A DNA stretch of 64,000 nucleotides from Cyanophora paradoxa CCMP329. Its lineage: Eukaryota; Plantae; Glaucophyta. A model generated the notes under the pieces. That model had not been told where the DNA came from, made no database searches, and saw only the letters and a program-made list of their open reading frames with translations. This document shows positions 34,360 to 47,570 of the stretch, in pieces. The position numbers were made by a program, and so were the translations under genes. Where the stretch lies: contig QPMI01000535.1 in assembly GCA_004431415.1 (NCBI GenBank), forward strand, positions 62,001 to 126,000. Reading direction: 5' to 3'. Position 1 is the stretch's first letter. Each line of letters opens with the position of its first letter.

Positions 34360-35727
34360 ATGGCGCACCCAACTTACTGCATCCTCGGCAAGGCCGGCTG
34401 CATCCTGTCTGCAAAGGCGAGCACAGAGTTCAGCGAGCGTAGCTGCGCTCGCGCTTCCTTCTGTGGCCCTCCCGCGCTCAGGCGTTTTCTCCTACGCGCA
34501 CCCCTCCCAAGCTCACGGATCTGGCCTCGCCGCCGCGCGCAGGCGGAGAAGCTGGGCACACTGCTGGAGGCGTCCCTGGGCTGCGTCAGTGTGCAGGTGG
34601 AGATGGAGCACCCGACCCGATACGCGGAGCGCCTCCAGGCGACGTGCAAGCTCATGGGCTTCGCCCACTCGGACTCGCCGCTCGTCTACGCCGGCACGGG
34701 CCACTACGTCGGAGGCGTCGAGGAGTGAGCTCGGCGGCGCCCCATGCTCCGGATCCCTCCCTCCAGCTCATTCGAATTCGCTGCCGGCGGCCGCGCGGCG
34801 CAGGTTGGCGCGGCTCGTGGCGGACGTGTACGGCCTCGTGGACGACGCCTCTGTGGAGGAGCTCGAGGAGATCGCGGCGGAGAACCTCGACCTCGCCGAC
34901 GCCCGCGTCAGGGAGGCGCGCCCGCGCCCCGAGAATGAATTCGATCCGCTCCTCCTTCACGCCGCGGCCGGCCGGCCGGCCGGCCGGCTTACCCCGCCGC
35001 CGCCGCCGCCGCGCAGGCGCAGGTGAGCAAGTACCTGGACGAGCGGGACGGGCGGCTGGCGTCCCTCTCGGAGCGCATCGAGGCGCTCGGCAGGCGCCGC
35101 GCCGCCCTCGGGCGCCTCCAGGCCGTGCGCCCCCCTCCCCCGCAAACATCTTTAATAGTGCGGCTAAATAACATACCTGGTAATGTAGAGTCAAAACGTG
35201 ACAATGGTATGAATATCTGTTTCGGCGCCTAATCCTCGGGGGCAGTCGCTGGGGAGGGCGGAGGGGGCGCTGGAGCGGCTGCGGGCGATGGCGGCGGCGG
35301 AGGGCGACTTCGAGGCGGAGGTCGCCGCCGGCCTCGCCGCCCTCGCCGAGTTCCTCCAGGCGCGCCCGCGCCCGGTCCCCACCACCCCGAATCCATGTCG
35401 GGCCCTCCGAAAGCATCCTTTACTCTGGGGCGCTCTGGGCTCTACGTGCTTTCGTGCTTTATAGAATCGGAAGCTCTTTATAATAGAATCTGCTTTAGGC
35501 CTCGCCGAGATCCTCCCGGCGCGCCCGCCCCCTCCGCCGCAGCTCCGAACGCCGAACCCCTACTCGCCTGCTCCATCTCTCCATCTCTCTCGTGTCGATT
35601 CCGATCCGGACGCTCTAGCGGGCCCCGCCCAGGCGCCCCATCGTCTCGCGCCGGCGCCGGAGCGGCTCGCCTCCCTCCCTCTGCTAGGAGCCCTCCAGGC
35701 GCCCTCTCGCCCTCTCGCCCCGCGGCT

Positions 35728-35765
<38 letters not shown>

Positions 35766-36800
35766 TGGGCGGGCCGGCTGACGCCGCCCCCCTCAGACCG
35801 AGTTCGGGGAGGGGGGGAGGAGGAGGCCCTCTTCGGGCGCCTCCTCTCCGACGACCTTGCCGCCGAGGCCCGCCCCCCCCCCCCCCCCCCCGCCCCTCGC
35901 TTTCGAGCTGTACCCCCTGACGCGCCCCCCTCCCAGGTGGCGGCGCTGCTTGGGGCGGTGCAGTGGGCGGAGGAGGCGGACGCCACCATCGCGGGGGAGG
36001 CCGTCGCGGGGGGGTACGAGCTCGCTAGGAAGGTGTGCGGGGTCGGGAGCGGGCGGGGGCGGGGGCGTGGGCGGCCGGCCGGCTCAGGGTTCGCGCAGGC
36101 GACGACGGCGCTGGGGCCGATCGCGGGGGCGGCGAGGGCGCACTTCGCGGCGGAGGCGGCGAGGCGGGCGCGGGAGCAGCGGGCGGCCGCCCAGGCGGAA
36201 GCGGAGCCGCCGGCCGAGGGGGCCGAGGCGGAGGCGGATGCGGCGGCGGCCGAGGCGGAGGCGGCGCCCGCGCCCCCTGCCGCCCCGCCGGCCGAGGAGC
36301 CGGCGTCCGGGACGGCGGAGGAGGTCGAGGCCGGGGGCAGCGGGGTACAGGAGGCGGAGGCGGCGGCGGAGGCGGCGGCGGGGGTACCGGAGGTCGAGGC
36401 GCCCCCCGTCTTCCTCAAGGAGCTCATCACACAGGCGAGCCCGAGGGCCCCGTACCCAGGGGCCGGCCCCCCCCTCTCCTCGCCAGCGCTGAGCGCCGCC
36501 CCGGCCCTCAGGCGGCGAGCGCGGAGGAGGCGGTGCGGGGGGCGCTGGGCGAGGCGGGCGGGGCGCTGGCGGCCTGCGCCGCGGAGCTGGAGGCCTGCGA
36601 GGCGGCCCTGGGGCGCGCCAAGGCCGTCCAGGTGTCCGCGTGCACGCCTACCCCCCGCAGTCCCCCCCGTCCGACGCGTGTATACGTACCCCCAGGAGGA
36701 GGACCTGGCGGAGGCGTGGGTGCTGGAGGCGGCGCGGGAGCGCCTGCGGGGGCCGCCCCCCTCCCCCCGGCCCCTCGGCATGCCCGTCGCTGGAGCATAG
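34360..36800 (+). CDS. Protein with MDH1B/PPIL6-type N-terminal (glutaredoxin-like) domain plus coiled-coil region; no dehydrogenase domain
   Basis: Spliced MAHPTYCILGKAGCILSAK|AEKLGTLL...HPTRYAERLQATCKLMGFAHSDSPLVY...YVGGVEE|LARLVADVYGL...LEEIAAENL parallels the MDH1B N-terminus as recalled (AGRADCPYYAK...HKNSPIIW...GGYNEF...IAQENL). Ala/Glu-rich helical exons follow. Confidence 0.7.
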
Positions 36801-37028
36801 CTAGGTACCCGCGGTGGCGGGGTGGCGCCCCTACCGCGGTGCTTGCGAAGGGTACCGCGAGCTCGGGGAAGCCTTTACTTGAAGGTCGCGAGCCACAGAC
36901 TGCCCACAGTACAGTGCAACTTTGGCAACTCGGCCCTACAGTCTCCTACTAATAATGGGCTACTATACTACGGTACAGTACTACTGGTCCAGGACTGGAC
37001 CACTTGTAAAAATCGGATCGGGATCGGA

Positions 37029-37190
37029 GACTCGGAGTCGCGGGACTCGCCGCTCGCGAGTCGCGACTCGAGCTCGGGATCGGACTTTGGGAGTCGACGT
37101 CGCGAGTCGCGACGCGACTCGCGAGTCTCGCGACTCGCGACTCGCGACTCGCGACTCTGACTCAGTGAGTCGCGATCGCGAGTCCGACCG
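37029..37190. repeat. GACTCGC/GCGAGTC short-unit repeat in both orientations
   Basis: CGCGACTCGCGACTCGCGACTC runs interleaved with the reverse complement GCGAGTCGCG; intergenic. Confidence 0.8.
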
Positions 37191-37797
37191 TCACGGTCGC
37201 GGCTCGCGAGCGCGCCAGCTTGCAGACCGTCGGACTCTACTTACAGAACTAGTAAATTTATTACAGGAAAATAATTAATACTTTGCCAAATTAAAACTGC
37301 CGCTTTAATTTAGCAGCTGCATGGTAAATCTTTAGTAGGTCGGCCTTCGCAGGGGCGGCAGGGCTTTTAATTTTGTATCAAATTGTATGGCGGAGACGGG
37401 GCTACCCCTACAAATTCTCGGCTTTAGTCGCCTGGCAGGCCTAGGGCCGCGGGGCCGGGGGAAATATTTAGTAGATCATCCAAAAACATTTAGTACTATG
37501 TAAATATGCAGCCCACTAAATATTTCTAGTTCTACGTATACAGTTATTACAGTTATTACAGTGTTACGGTAAATCATCCCGTAAGTGTCAATTTGTGATG
37601 CCGGGCCATTGCCGGCCCGGCGGCATTGCATTATATATTGAGGGCAATTTGAGGCCGATCGATCGCGACTCTTGACGAGTCATTGCCGACTTTTGCGAAC
37701 CGGTGATCCCAGACCAATCAAAAACGCTCGCGGGGGAGAGCTTGCACAGCCACTCGCAGGGTCTATTCTTGTACGACGTGACGGTGATGGGGCGTTA

Positions 37798-38014
37798 CTG
37801 TAAAGCTATTATTATAGACGGGTTCAAACTTAGACGTTTGCCCACCCACCACAATAGACGTGGACAAATTTAGACGAGCTGCTGCCTGCTCCATACAGGC
37901 GGTACTATGATATACCCCCGTTCGGCACAGATAGGCGGGGATTCAGTTAGACGAACGGGTTACCTCGTCTATCCGCGCCTATATTAATACCCGTCTAAAA
38001 TAATAGCCTTACAG
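37798..38014. mobile_element. MITE with ~25-bp TIR and TA TSD
   Basis: TA|CTGTAAAGCTATTATTATAGACGGG...CCCGTCTAAAATAATAGCCTTACAG|TA. Confidence 0.85.
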
Positions 38015-38703
38015 TATCGGATTCCGGTTCGAATTCGAATACCGGTTGGGTCGAGTACCCCCCTAGGCCTGGCTCGGCATCGACTCGGCGAGGCCCGGGG
38101 GGCGGCGGGGGCTGATCGACAAGAGCTCGAGGAGAAGCAGCAGGCCAGCAGCCCAGCGTCGCGAGCGCTTCGTATATCGGTCACGGTAGCTGCGCATGCG
38201 CAGCAGCTGCAGCAGCAGCAACAGCAGTAGCAGCAGCAGCCTGCCTGACGGCCTGCTCACTCCATCGTCGACGTCGAAATTCGATTTGCTACCGCGTCGG
38301 CGCTCTCTTCATCTGCAGCTCTCGTTCAACGGTTAGTCCCTCGCAAGAACGTCCAGCATGCGCACGTGGACGCGCAGCCGCGCGCGCCCGTGATCGGCTG
38401 CGGCCCGCGGCCAGCCCGCGGCCGACGCCGACGTTGACAGCGCGGGCCGGGCGCGCGCGCACCAGCCACGGCGCCACGCGCCGGCGTTCTTTAAGAGCGA
38501 ATATAAGCGTGCAGCTGCATATGCATGGGCAGCTCGCCGCTGTTTTATTTGCGCGGGCGTGCGCTCTTCGACCTTGCAACATTGCAATTGATTGCCGACG
38601 TCGACATGTGCAGTGCGGGCTGGTCGAGGGGAGCCATAGCTATTAGAGGAGGCCAGTAACCATAGCTATAGGCGCAGCTGGTTTGTCGGCGCATGCGATC
38701 AAG

Positions 38704-41700
38704 ATGGTGCGGATGCCAGCTGCCGGCCGCGGAATCCATGTACATGTGAGGGCACATATACAGACGTCGGGCGGTGCGCTCATGATCAGCCGCTGCAGAT
38801 TTCGACGGCAGCTGCAGCTAAGCGCCAGGCCTAGGCACACGTATTGCGACAGCTCACTCTGCAGCTGGAAGCCGTTTTCGCTCCTACTGGCTGTGCTCAT
38901 CACGGCGACGATAGCCACAGCAATAGGAGCTCCGCGGCCGGATTCAACGCGACTGACTCTCACTCTGGGAGGGTGCGCACGATTTCAGCACTTTTAGCAT
39001 GCCATGCCACGATGTGCATGTGCTTAAGCTTGCAGCTAATTCAATCTCATATGCATCTCCGACCCCGCGCGCCCGTCCACGTCGCAGGGCCTTCCAGCTG
39101 GAGACGGAGGACGGGCGGGCCATGGCGGACGTCTTCCGCATGGCCGTGCGGGAGGCGGGGAACGACAGCGCGAGCCCCCTCCGGGCGGCCGGCATCGCCC
39201 TTGAGCCGCTCGTCGTCGACCAGGCGCGCCTGTCAATTCGAAATCCGCTGCTGTGTTGGGCCGGGGCTGATCGGATGGCCGCGCCCGGGTCGAGCAGGGC
39301 CTGGACCCGTCGGCGGCGGTCGGCTCGGCCGTCGCGCTCGCCGCAGGGGGCGCCGTCGCCGTCGTCGGCCTCCGCACCTCCGTCGCCGCCCAGCCGATGG
39401 TGCCCGCGCTTCCGACAGCTCCCCGGCATAGACATATTATTGCTCTCTTTACTTTTTTGGAGAATATTAAGTTTGACGCCCGGGATGCAGTCTTACACAT
39501 TCACGGGCTACGAGATCCCCCACATCTCCATCTCAGCGACGGCCGCCCTGTGCGTGCTTGCGCTGGCGCGCCGCCTCGATACTATGATACTGTTAGCCAA
39601 CACCTCGAGCTCCCGTTGCATCTGACTTGCTTCGTGCTTTATCAGGTTTTCAAGCAAGATAGAGTGAGAACTACCCATCGCATCCCCCCCTTCCCCCTCC
39701 CACTTCCCCCCCCCCCCCCCGCCCCTCCCCCCCCCCTCATTTCTAATCCCCTTCCTCCCCGGCCAATTCCGTCCTCGTCCTCCTTCTCTTCCCTCGGACA
39801 CTGGCACTGATCTCGACATTGCACGCTCGATGCCCGCAGTTTCCCGTACTTCAGCCGAGTCGTGCCGTCCGACGCGATGCAAGGGCCGGCGCTCGCGGAC
39901 CTCGTCGCCAACATGGGATGGCAGCGCTGCGCGATCGTCTTCACGCAGGACGTGGTGCGCGTTGAATATTATATATTAGCGAAGCTTGCAGGGCAGCCTC
40001 GAGCTGGAAACCGACCTCCTGCCAGTACGGGCAGGGCATCGTCGCCGGGTTTGTGGAGCGGGCGCAGGCGCTCAAGCTGACCGTCGCCGCCCGCCAAGCG
40101 TTCGACCCGAAGGGGTCCGCGGCGGCGACGGCGCTGACAATCGATGCCCTCCGAGAGAGCAGCGTGCGCACGCCCTCGCCTTATTAAGCCTATTAAGCTT
40201 ATTAAGCTGCGGATCACACGCACAGGTCTACGTGACGGTCATTGCGATGCTGCACGCCGACGCCGCCGTCTTCCTCGGCGCCGCCAGCGTGCGCGCATCC
40301 GTGGACGATCTGCGCATGCATTCAATATATGTAGCCACGCGAATGGCATCGATGACGCCGACCCTGCCTCGCAGGACGGGGGCCTGGTCGGCAGGGACTT
40401 CGCGTATCTCTGCTCCGACTCGCTCGCAGTCGTGCGCGCGCGCCAGCGCAAGTGTTTGAAGGCTGAGCGCTCGCTCGCTTGACCTGCGACGGCTGCGCAG
40501 GACTCCGCTCTCCTCGGCAAGAGCGCGAAGGCGATGGCCGCGCTCGACGGCATGGTCGGCATCCGCCCCGTCAACGGATCGGTGCGACGCGCGGATGCTG
40601 CGATGTCGATGCTGCGAATCTGAGCGCTTCCACCCCGAAGGACACGGCAGCGTACGCCGCACTTCTCGCCCGGTGGACGGAGGCCGAGGGGGGCCGCGCC
40701 GCCGCCGCCGCCGGCGCCGGCGAGCAGCGGGCCATGCCGTACTACGGTGAACGCCGTCTGGCCTCTGTTCGAATTCTGCGACCCGCGGCCGCGCGCCCGG
40801 CCGCGGCTCGAGGCCGCCCGCACTGATCGCGATCGTCGCCGTTGCAGGTCTCTTCACGCAGGACGGCGTCACAGGTCAGTTCCAGTGGGCCCTTAACTTC
40901 GTCAATTTCGAAGCTAAGCGTCCTCTGAGCTTCTCCCGGCAGCGTTCGTTCGGGCGCTGGAGCTGCTCGGCGCGGACCGCATCTTGTCGCACGCGAACGC
41001 CAGCAGGGCGGCCGCAGCCACGGGGCCCGGCGGCTTCGCGAAGAACGGTGCGCTCGCGCGGCCTCCTCCGCCGCGCGCGCCGAGTCCCGCGCCCGACGCC
41101 CCTTGCAGGCATCGGAGCGGCGCTGCGGGACGCCCTCACGAGGGTGAGCTTCGACGGCGCGACGGGTCGCGTCGCCTTTACGGCGGCCGGCGACCGTATG
41201 TATGGCCGCCGTGTACGAGGTGATTAATATTTCGAGCCACTTCTCCTAGAACCTTTCAAAACCCGAACTTTTCTTGCTTAATTCTATGCGCAGGTCGTCA
41301 ATTTGCGGGGATCGGGCGCGGGTTCTCGCTCGTGGACCACAGTGGGGGCCTACACGGCGGGACAGGGCTTCAGGCCGGCGCGCCTCGCCTCGTCCGTCCT
41401 CTGGTACGCCGGCCGCGTGGACCCTCCGTCCGACCGCATAGGTGATCGACATCTTCATGTCATGCATCTTTATATCACGTGAATCGCGGACTCTGAGATC
41501 GGTGCTCACTTCTCATGACCGCAGTGTGCGGCGCGGGGAAGCGGCTGGAAGCGGACGAGACGCTCGTGGGCGGGACCTGCGTGGACTGCCCCCCGGGCTT
41601 CTTCGCGGCCGCCGGCTCCACCGCCTGCACGGGCTGCCCGCCCGGGACCTTCAGCGGGGCGCCGGGGTCCGCCGCATGCTCGCCCTGCAAGCCAGGTCCG

Positions 41701-44700
41701 CCCTAAATCAAATCTCTTGCTTTCTCTCTAGATCTGAACTCTGACACGCGCGCATTCTCGCTTCCTCTTCCAGGCTACTTCAACGACCTGCACAACCAGA
41801 CCAGCTGCTCGCCGTGTCCCATCGGGGCTTCCTGCGACGGCCCCTCGCTCCCGGCGCCCCTCCCCGGTTACTACCCCGTCCGTGCGTCGCGAGCCTCGGC
41901 CAGGTGTCCCCACAGCCATCCTCCGCCGCTGACAGCGCGTTTCCCCTGCAGCCTGGGAGCCCAACCGCCGCTTCCACCCGTGCCCCGAACCCAACGCCTG
42001 CCCCGGGGTCGACCGGACCCTCGCCGCTCCTTTCATGCCTGGCAACAGCTCGTCGACCGCGGCCTTCGAGTCGGGCCTGTCGATCGCGACCACGGCCCCG
42101 TCGCGCTTCTGCGCAGAGGGACACACGGGCCTTCTGTGCACGGAATGCGTGGCGGGCTACGGCCGGGTCGGCTCCTTCGGGTGCCGCCCGTGCATGGCGC
42201 CCGCCCCCTCGTACGCGCTGGTTCGCGCGTTATTTCCTTGCCAATTCCAAACTTCATCCATGCCATGACTCGCTCGATTCCAGCTCGTCCTCGGTATCGT
42301 TTTCCTCCTTGCCGCGGCCGGCTACATCATTCGCGCCACCGTTCGCTCCGCCCTGCGATCGGAGAAGAAGGTGACCCCGTATCCTCCAGCTCCGAATTCG
42401 GTTTACGCGGACTAACACGAATATAAATCACCTTCAACGATCCAGGGACCCATTCTACTGAAGATCTTGCTCTCCTACCTTCAAGTCGTGTCCCTTTGCC
42501 GCTTCTCCGTCCCGAACTCGTGCGTTCCAAGAGTCAGGCACAAGCGGCGGTCCTTTCATTGACTCGTGCACTGCGCAGAGCCCACGTCACGAGCACCTTC
42601 TTCGCTATCACAACCACAGTGCTCTCGCCCATCGACTCGTTTGTGAACGTCGACTGCATTTCCCCCGGCTCGGGGCCCGACGGGGCCCACTTGGGCGGCT
42701 TCTATGTGACCCTCAAGGTCTACGTCGCGGCGCCTGCGCTCGCCCTCGTCGCCGCGCTGGCCGCCCTCGCCTTCGGCTACCTCTCGCCGCTGCTCAGGCG
42801 GAGGCTGCGGCTCCGGTCGCGTAGCACCAGCGGCGCCTCCATCTCGGGCTCCCCGAAGGAGAGCGGGTACCGCGTCCAGTCGGTGCCCTTCGCGTCGGTC
42901 CCGCGGGTCCCGCTGCACCGGCTCTCGATGGAGGAGCGCCAGCGCCGCGCGTCGACGGCGTCGAGCCACGGCCACGGCCCGCTCGGCGCGGCCGGCGAGG
43001 CCGCCCACGGGTCGGGGCGCCGCACGGCCTCGATGGATTCGATGGCGGACAGCATCGCGCAGCGCTCGGCTTCCGTCGGCGCGTGCCTGGAGCTCGAGGC
43101 GTTCTCGCGCGACGAGGCGGCGGCCGGGGATTTGGAGAAGTCGAGCGAGGGCTTTGGGGGCATCAGCGAGGCGCCGGCGGCGCGCGCGCGCGCGCCCTTG
43201 GCCCGCGTGCGCCGCGGGGCGAGCGTGGGCTACGAGCCGGCGCCGGCGACGTCGCGGTCCGTGGTGGAGGCGCGGACCGACCGGGGCGGCTCGCTGGCGG
43301 AGCAGGCGCAGCGCGCGGAGGAGCGCTACCAGCGCGCCCTCCTCGCCGCCAAGATGAAGGCTTTCTCAGCGGCGCTGTCGAGCGGCAACGGCGGCAGCGT
43401 CCGCGGGCGCGCCCGCAGCGGCAGCGTGGGCTCCATCCAGGCGCCGACCCAGCGGAAGCTGAGCAACGCCATGCGGGTGCGCGCGCACACTGTGTTTCGC
43501 GGCCGTTTCGAATTGGTCGTTGCCGTCAAGGGCTGATGAAGCGGGGCGCAGCACGCGGCAGAGCTCGCGGCGAAGTTCTATACGCCGACCCCCGTGGACT
43601 ACTTCGTCTGCACCCTCCTCGTTTCGGTAATTAATATGTACAACAGCACCTTACGATCGAGGTTTGGATTCATCGTCGTCGTCGTCTGAGGGGCCGCCAG
43701 ATGTTCCTCGTGCTGCCCGCGATCGCGGAGAAGGTCATCCTCGCCTTCCGCTGCGTCGACATCGGCGGGCGCCCCTTCCTTTGGACCGACATGTGAGCCG
43801 CCCTCGAGCTCGGTCCAATTTACTCTGCTCAGCTCGCATTCGCTCTGAATTCGCGGTTAACTGAAATCCGGTCGTTGCACTTCGAATTCGCAGAACCATC
43901 GCCTGCGATTCGGCCGAATACCAGCTTGTGCGGTTGATCCCGCTATAGCTAGAGCACTCGTGAATTTTATTAACTGAGACGTTGACGCAGAACACGAACA
44001 CCATCGCTCTCACCGCCATCTTCACCCACGTCATCCTCCTCTCCATCGTCCCGTTCGCGGTGCGTTCGATGTCGTACATACGCGCAGTTGATGCGACCAC
44101 ACGTTGATCCACGGCCGGCGCGCCCCGCAGTGCCTCTTCGCGGTCCGCCACTACATGTTCGCCCCGCACATGCGCACCCGGTTCGCATTCCTCGTGCGGG
44201 GCTACCGCATGCGTTACTCGTACTTCGAGGTGAAACCATCCTTTGGTTCGCTTTGGTTCGCGTGGAATGATCTGAAACGGCCGTTGCGTGTCGCAATTGC
44301 AGGCCTTCATTGTGGCTCGCAAGTTCCTTGTCGTCTTCATTTCGGTCTTCTTCAGCGAGGGCGCCCCCGTGCAGTCCGTCATCGCCCTCGCCGTCCTCAT
44401 TTACAGTGAGCTCGAGCTTGCTTTTAATTTCTGTGTCTGGTATTTCTTCTTATATATAATAACGAACGCAACCTCCAGCGACAATCTTCACGGCGCGTGT
44501 GAGGGTGCGTTCGCGATCGGCGTCAAACACAAATTCGTGATTCCAGCACTAGTGTTGAGCATTAAAATTCTTGCGCTGCGCGCGCAGCCTTTCGAGTTCC
44601 GAGAGTGCAACCTGCTCGAGACGCTGTCGTCGGCGGTGCGGATCGCGAAAGTAGAACTTTGCGCTTTGCAATCTAACCAAAACGCGTCGATGTGCAGGCG

Positions 44701-46671
44701 ACGACGATCACTGTGGTCTGCGGCACGTACTACTCCACTGTTGCGATGGACGGCGGGCAGGCTTTCCGCGTCGGCGTCTTCATTCTCTTCGTGAACATCG
44801 TGCGTATAATTTGTTCGATTCAGCACTGTCAAATCGTTAGCGTTCAAACTCCCAAAATTAAAATTAAAAGAATATAACGCTGTTCTTCTTCAGAGCTTCC
44901 TTTGCATCTGGCTGCTGTTCTTCGCGCGCGACCTGCTGGAGCGGGCCCGCCAGTTCTGGCTCCGCGCCTTCCACCTCGCACGAGCCTCCGACCGCGGCGA
45001 AGTCGCGATTGCAACGACCGTCGAGCGCAAGGATGCGGGTGCGGAAGTTCGAAGAGGATTGCGGCTGGCAATTGCAAGCCGCTGTTTTGATCGCGTGCAC
45101 GTCCGCCCAGACTTGGAGACAAACTTCTCGCGGTCGTTCGCGCCCACGATGTTTGGAGACGATCCGTCGCTGGCCGATGGGGACCAGGCGGCGGCCGATC
45201 CCGAGGAAGAGGAGGAGGAGGCGGTCAACCCTGAGACGCACCCGGAGGAGGCCGAAGACACGGTGGCCGGCCGCAGCCAGCGGCGCATGAGGCGGCTCGA
45301 GCCGCCGGTGCAGGGATCCAGGCCGGCGACCTCCCGTGGGGCCGTCCCCAGGGCTAGCCTCCGCGCGGCGGGTGGCGCCGGCCCCGCGGGTGGCGCCGGC
45401 GCCGGCGGATTCGGGAATTCGCTGCGCTGGTCGCGGCTGCAGCGGCAGAGCAGCTGGAAGAGCTCGAGCACGGCGCACGCGCGGACGGCACGGGAGGCGC
45501 TGGCCGACATCGAGCGGCACGACCCCGCCGACTTCCACGCGCACGCGAGCCCCGAGAAGCTGGCGGCGTTCTCGAACGCCCGCGCCCGCCGGCAGAGCCA
45601 GTCGCGCATATCGGCGGCGCCGATCGCGACGCACCGCGCCATCCCTGAGCATTCGGAGCTGGACGCGGAGATCGTCGTCGCGGCCGCCGCCGCCGACGAC
45701 GACGACGGTACCTCCGTCAAGTTGGCGGCGAAAGCGGCGGCGGCGGCGGAGGCGGAGGAGGCGGAGGAGGCGGGTGGAGAGGTCGTCCGCGAGTTCAAGG
45801 CGCCAGGCCTAGGGGACTCGCCCCAGCCGCCGTCGCCGGCGCGCGCCGCGCTCGAGGAGGTCGGCGCCGCCGACGGCTCCGACGACGGCGACGGCGACGG
45901 CGACGGCGACGATCGCAGGCGCGCGCGGGCGTCAGTCGCAGCATCGACCAGAAGCTGCAGCTGCAGGCTAGCGCTCGATCGCGGGGCGGCGCGCGGTCGG
46001 CGGGCTCGAGGGGCGCGGTGGCGTTCACGGCGGACCGCGAGCGGGGCGACCTGGCCATGGCCACGGCCCTTCCCGGCCGCGCAGTCGCACGCGCACGCAG
46101 CGCCGGCCCTAGGCCTAGACCTCCGGCAAGGCAGCCGGCCGCGGATGTGGGTGCGGAGGCAGACCGCAGCGGAAGCCCTCCGTCGCACCCTGGGCCCGCG
46201 CCCGACGCGATGGAAGACGCCGTCGACGTCGACGTCGACGTCGACGTCGGGGCGAGCTCGAGGTCGGGGTCGAGGGCGAAGTCGAGGGCGAAGTCCGGGG
46301 CCCCAGACCTGGATCTGCTGCCCGACTACTCGCCCATGGCGACGCCGCCCTCGGCCGCCTCGCGGTCGATGTCACCCAGCTGCAAGCGGCGCCCCCCCGA
46401 GCTGGCGATCCACCTGCCCGGCGGGCGGGACGCCCTTGTCTACACCATCGAGTTCCCGATCGCGGTGCCCCCCGTGCGGGTCGAGTTCTCGCCCTCCCCC
46501 CTCGGGCTCTCCCCCTCGCCCCCGGGATCCGCCGGCGCCGACTCGGATCGCGACTGGGCCGGGCCCCTCGTCTGGACCCCCGCGGCGGTACTCGAAGCGC
46601 CGGATGAGACCGGAGGGGCGGTGGCCCCGGCCACCTACGCTTTCCCAGAACCTTTCTCTTTCAGCCAGTAG
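38704..46671 (+). CDS. Venus-flytrap (ANF-receptor/PBP1) + Cys-rich repeats + multi-pass TM receptor-like protein
   Basis: Signal-like SLLLAVLITATIATAIG. Flytrap motifs YEIPHISISAT, FPYFSRVVPSDAMQGPALADLVANMGWQRCAIVF, YGQGIVAGF, VSFDGATGRVAF. CPPGFF/CPPGTFS/CAEGHTGLLCTEC repeats. TM region KILLSYLQV...FAFLVRGYRMRYSYFE...RKFLVVFISVFF...QPFEFRECNLLE. Long acidic cytosolic tail to stop at 46671. Start may be 38704 or 38782. Confidence 0.85.
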
Positions 46672-46889
46672 ACTAAACTCAGCTCAACGATTTCAAAAAT
46701 ACAACGCAGAACTCTTTTTCTCCGTCTTCTTCTTACAACGCTTTCAATAGATAAGAATATTCTCATTTATAGTTATAATCACGCACGATGTTAATCTCGT
46801 CTTTCTCGTTGGACATTGTTACTCTGCCATCTCTAGTTCTTGCTCATTCTTCTCGACCGTCAAATTAATTCAGGGAGGCCTCAAGAAGG

Positions 46890-47570
46890 CCCAGAGCTCG
46901 AGGGGCCAGAATGTCAACGAGAGGCCGGTGCCGGGGGCAGAATGTCAATTCATAGGCGGGCCAGATAAAAAAAGACCCATTCTTCGCACTAATTCTATTT
47001 TATTTTTAGCCTCGAGTGAGCCTGCAGCTGGCCATGGTGCCGAGCCATGGCCCGGCGGCCAGTGGCCACTACCGCCAGTCTGCGGCGCCAGAACGTTAAC
47101 GCAGAAGCCAAATTAAAGATAAAGAGAGCGGGCCGGATAAAACAAGACCCATTCTTCGGCGATTCTTCGCACTAATTATATTACGTATATACATTTTTAG
47201 CCCCGAGCGAGCCATGGCCACTGGCCATGGCCAGCGGCGCCGCTGCGGCGGCCGCCGGCGCCAGCCCCCAGAACGCAATTCAAGTTTTATAGTTTTATTC
47301 AACGCATACGAATACGGAAAAAAATAAACGCACTGCGCAATATTACTAGTTAATTACACTAGTATAATTAATTATACAGGCCGGCCCGGGCGCCGGCGGC
47401 CCGGGCCGGGCCCAGCCGCCCAGCTGCAGGCGGCGGGGCCAGGGCCGCCAGGCCTAGGCCAGCTGCATCCAGGCAGCATCCTGCAGGGGCGCGGCCGGGC
47501 CCGGCCGCCGCCCGCCCGGGCCGGGCCGGCGGCCGGGCCGGCCCGGCCCGGCCAGGCGGCCTATGATTTA
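46890..47570. repeat. Intergenic imperfect ~172-bp tandem duplication plus GC-rich palindromic tract (probable TE remnant)
   Basis: GCGGGCC(A/G)GATAAAA...GACCCATTCTTCG...CACTAATT at 46956 and 47128; CAGAATGTCAA twice; GGCCGGCCCGG palindromes at 47380-47560. Confidence 0.65.

Noticed and set aside
34360-36800. Calling this gene MDH1B / malate dehydrogenase
   Set aside because: Only the N-terminal accessory domain matches; no NAD-binding or catalytic MDH motifs were seen.
37245-37533. Additional MITE with AGAACTAG...CTAGTTCT ends
   Set aside because: The inverted match is short and there is no clear target-site duplication.
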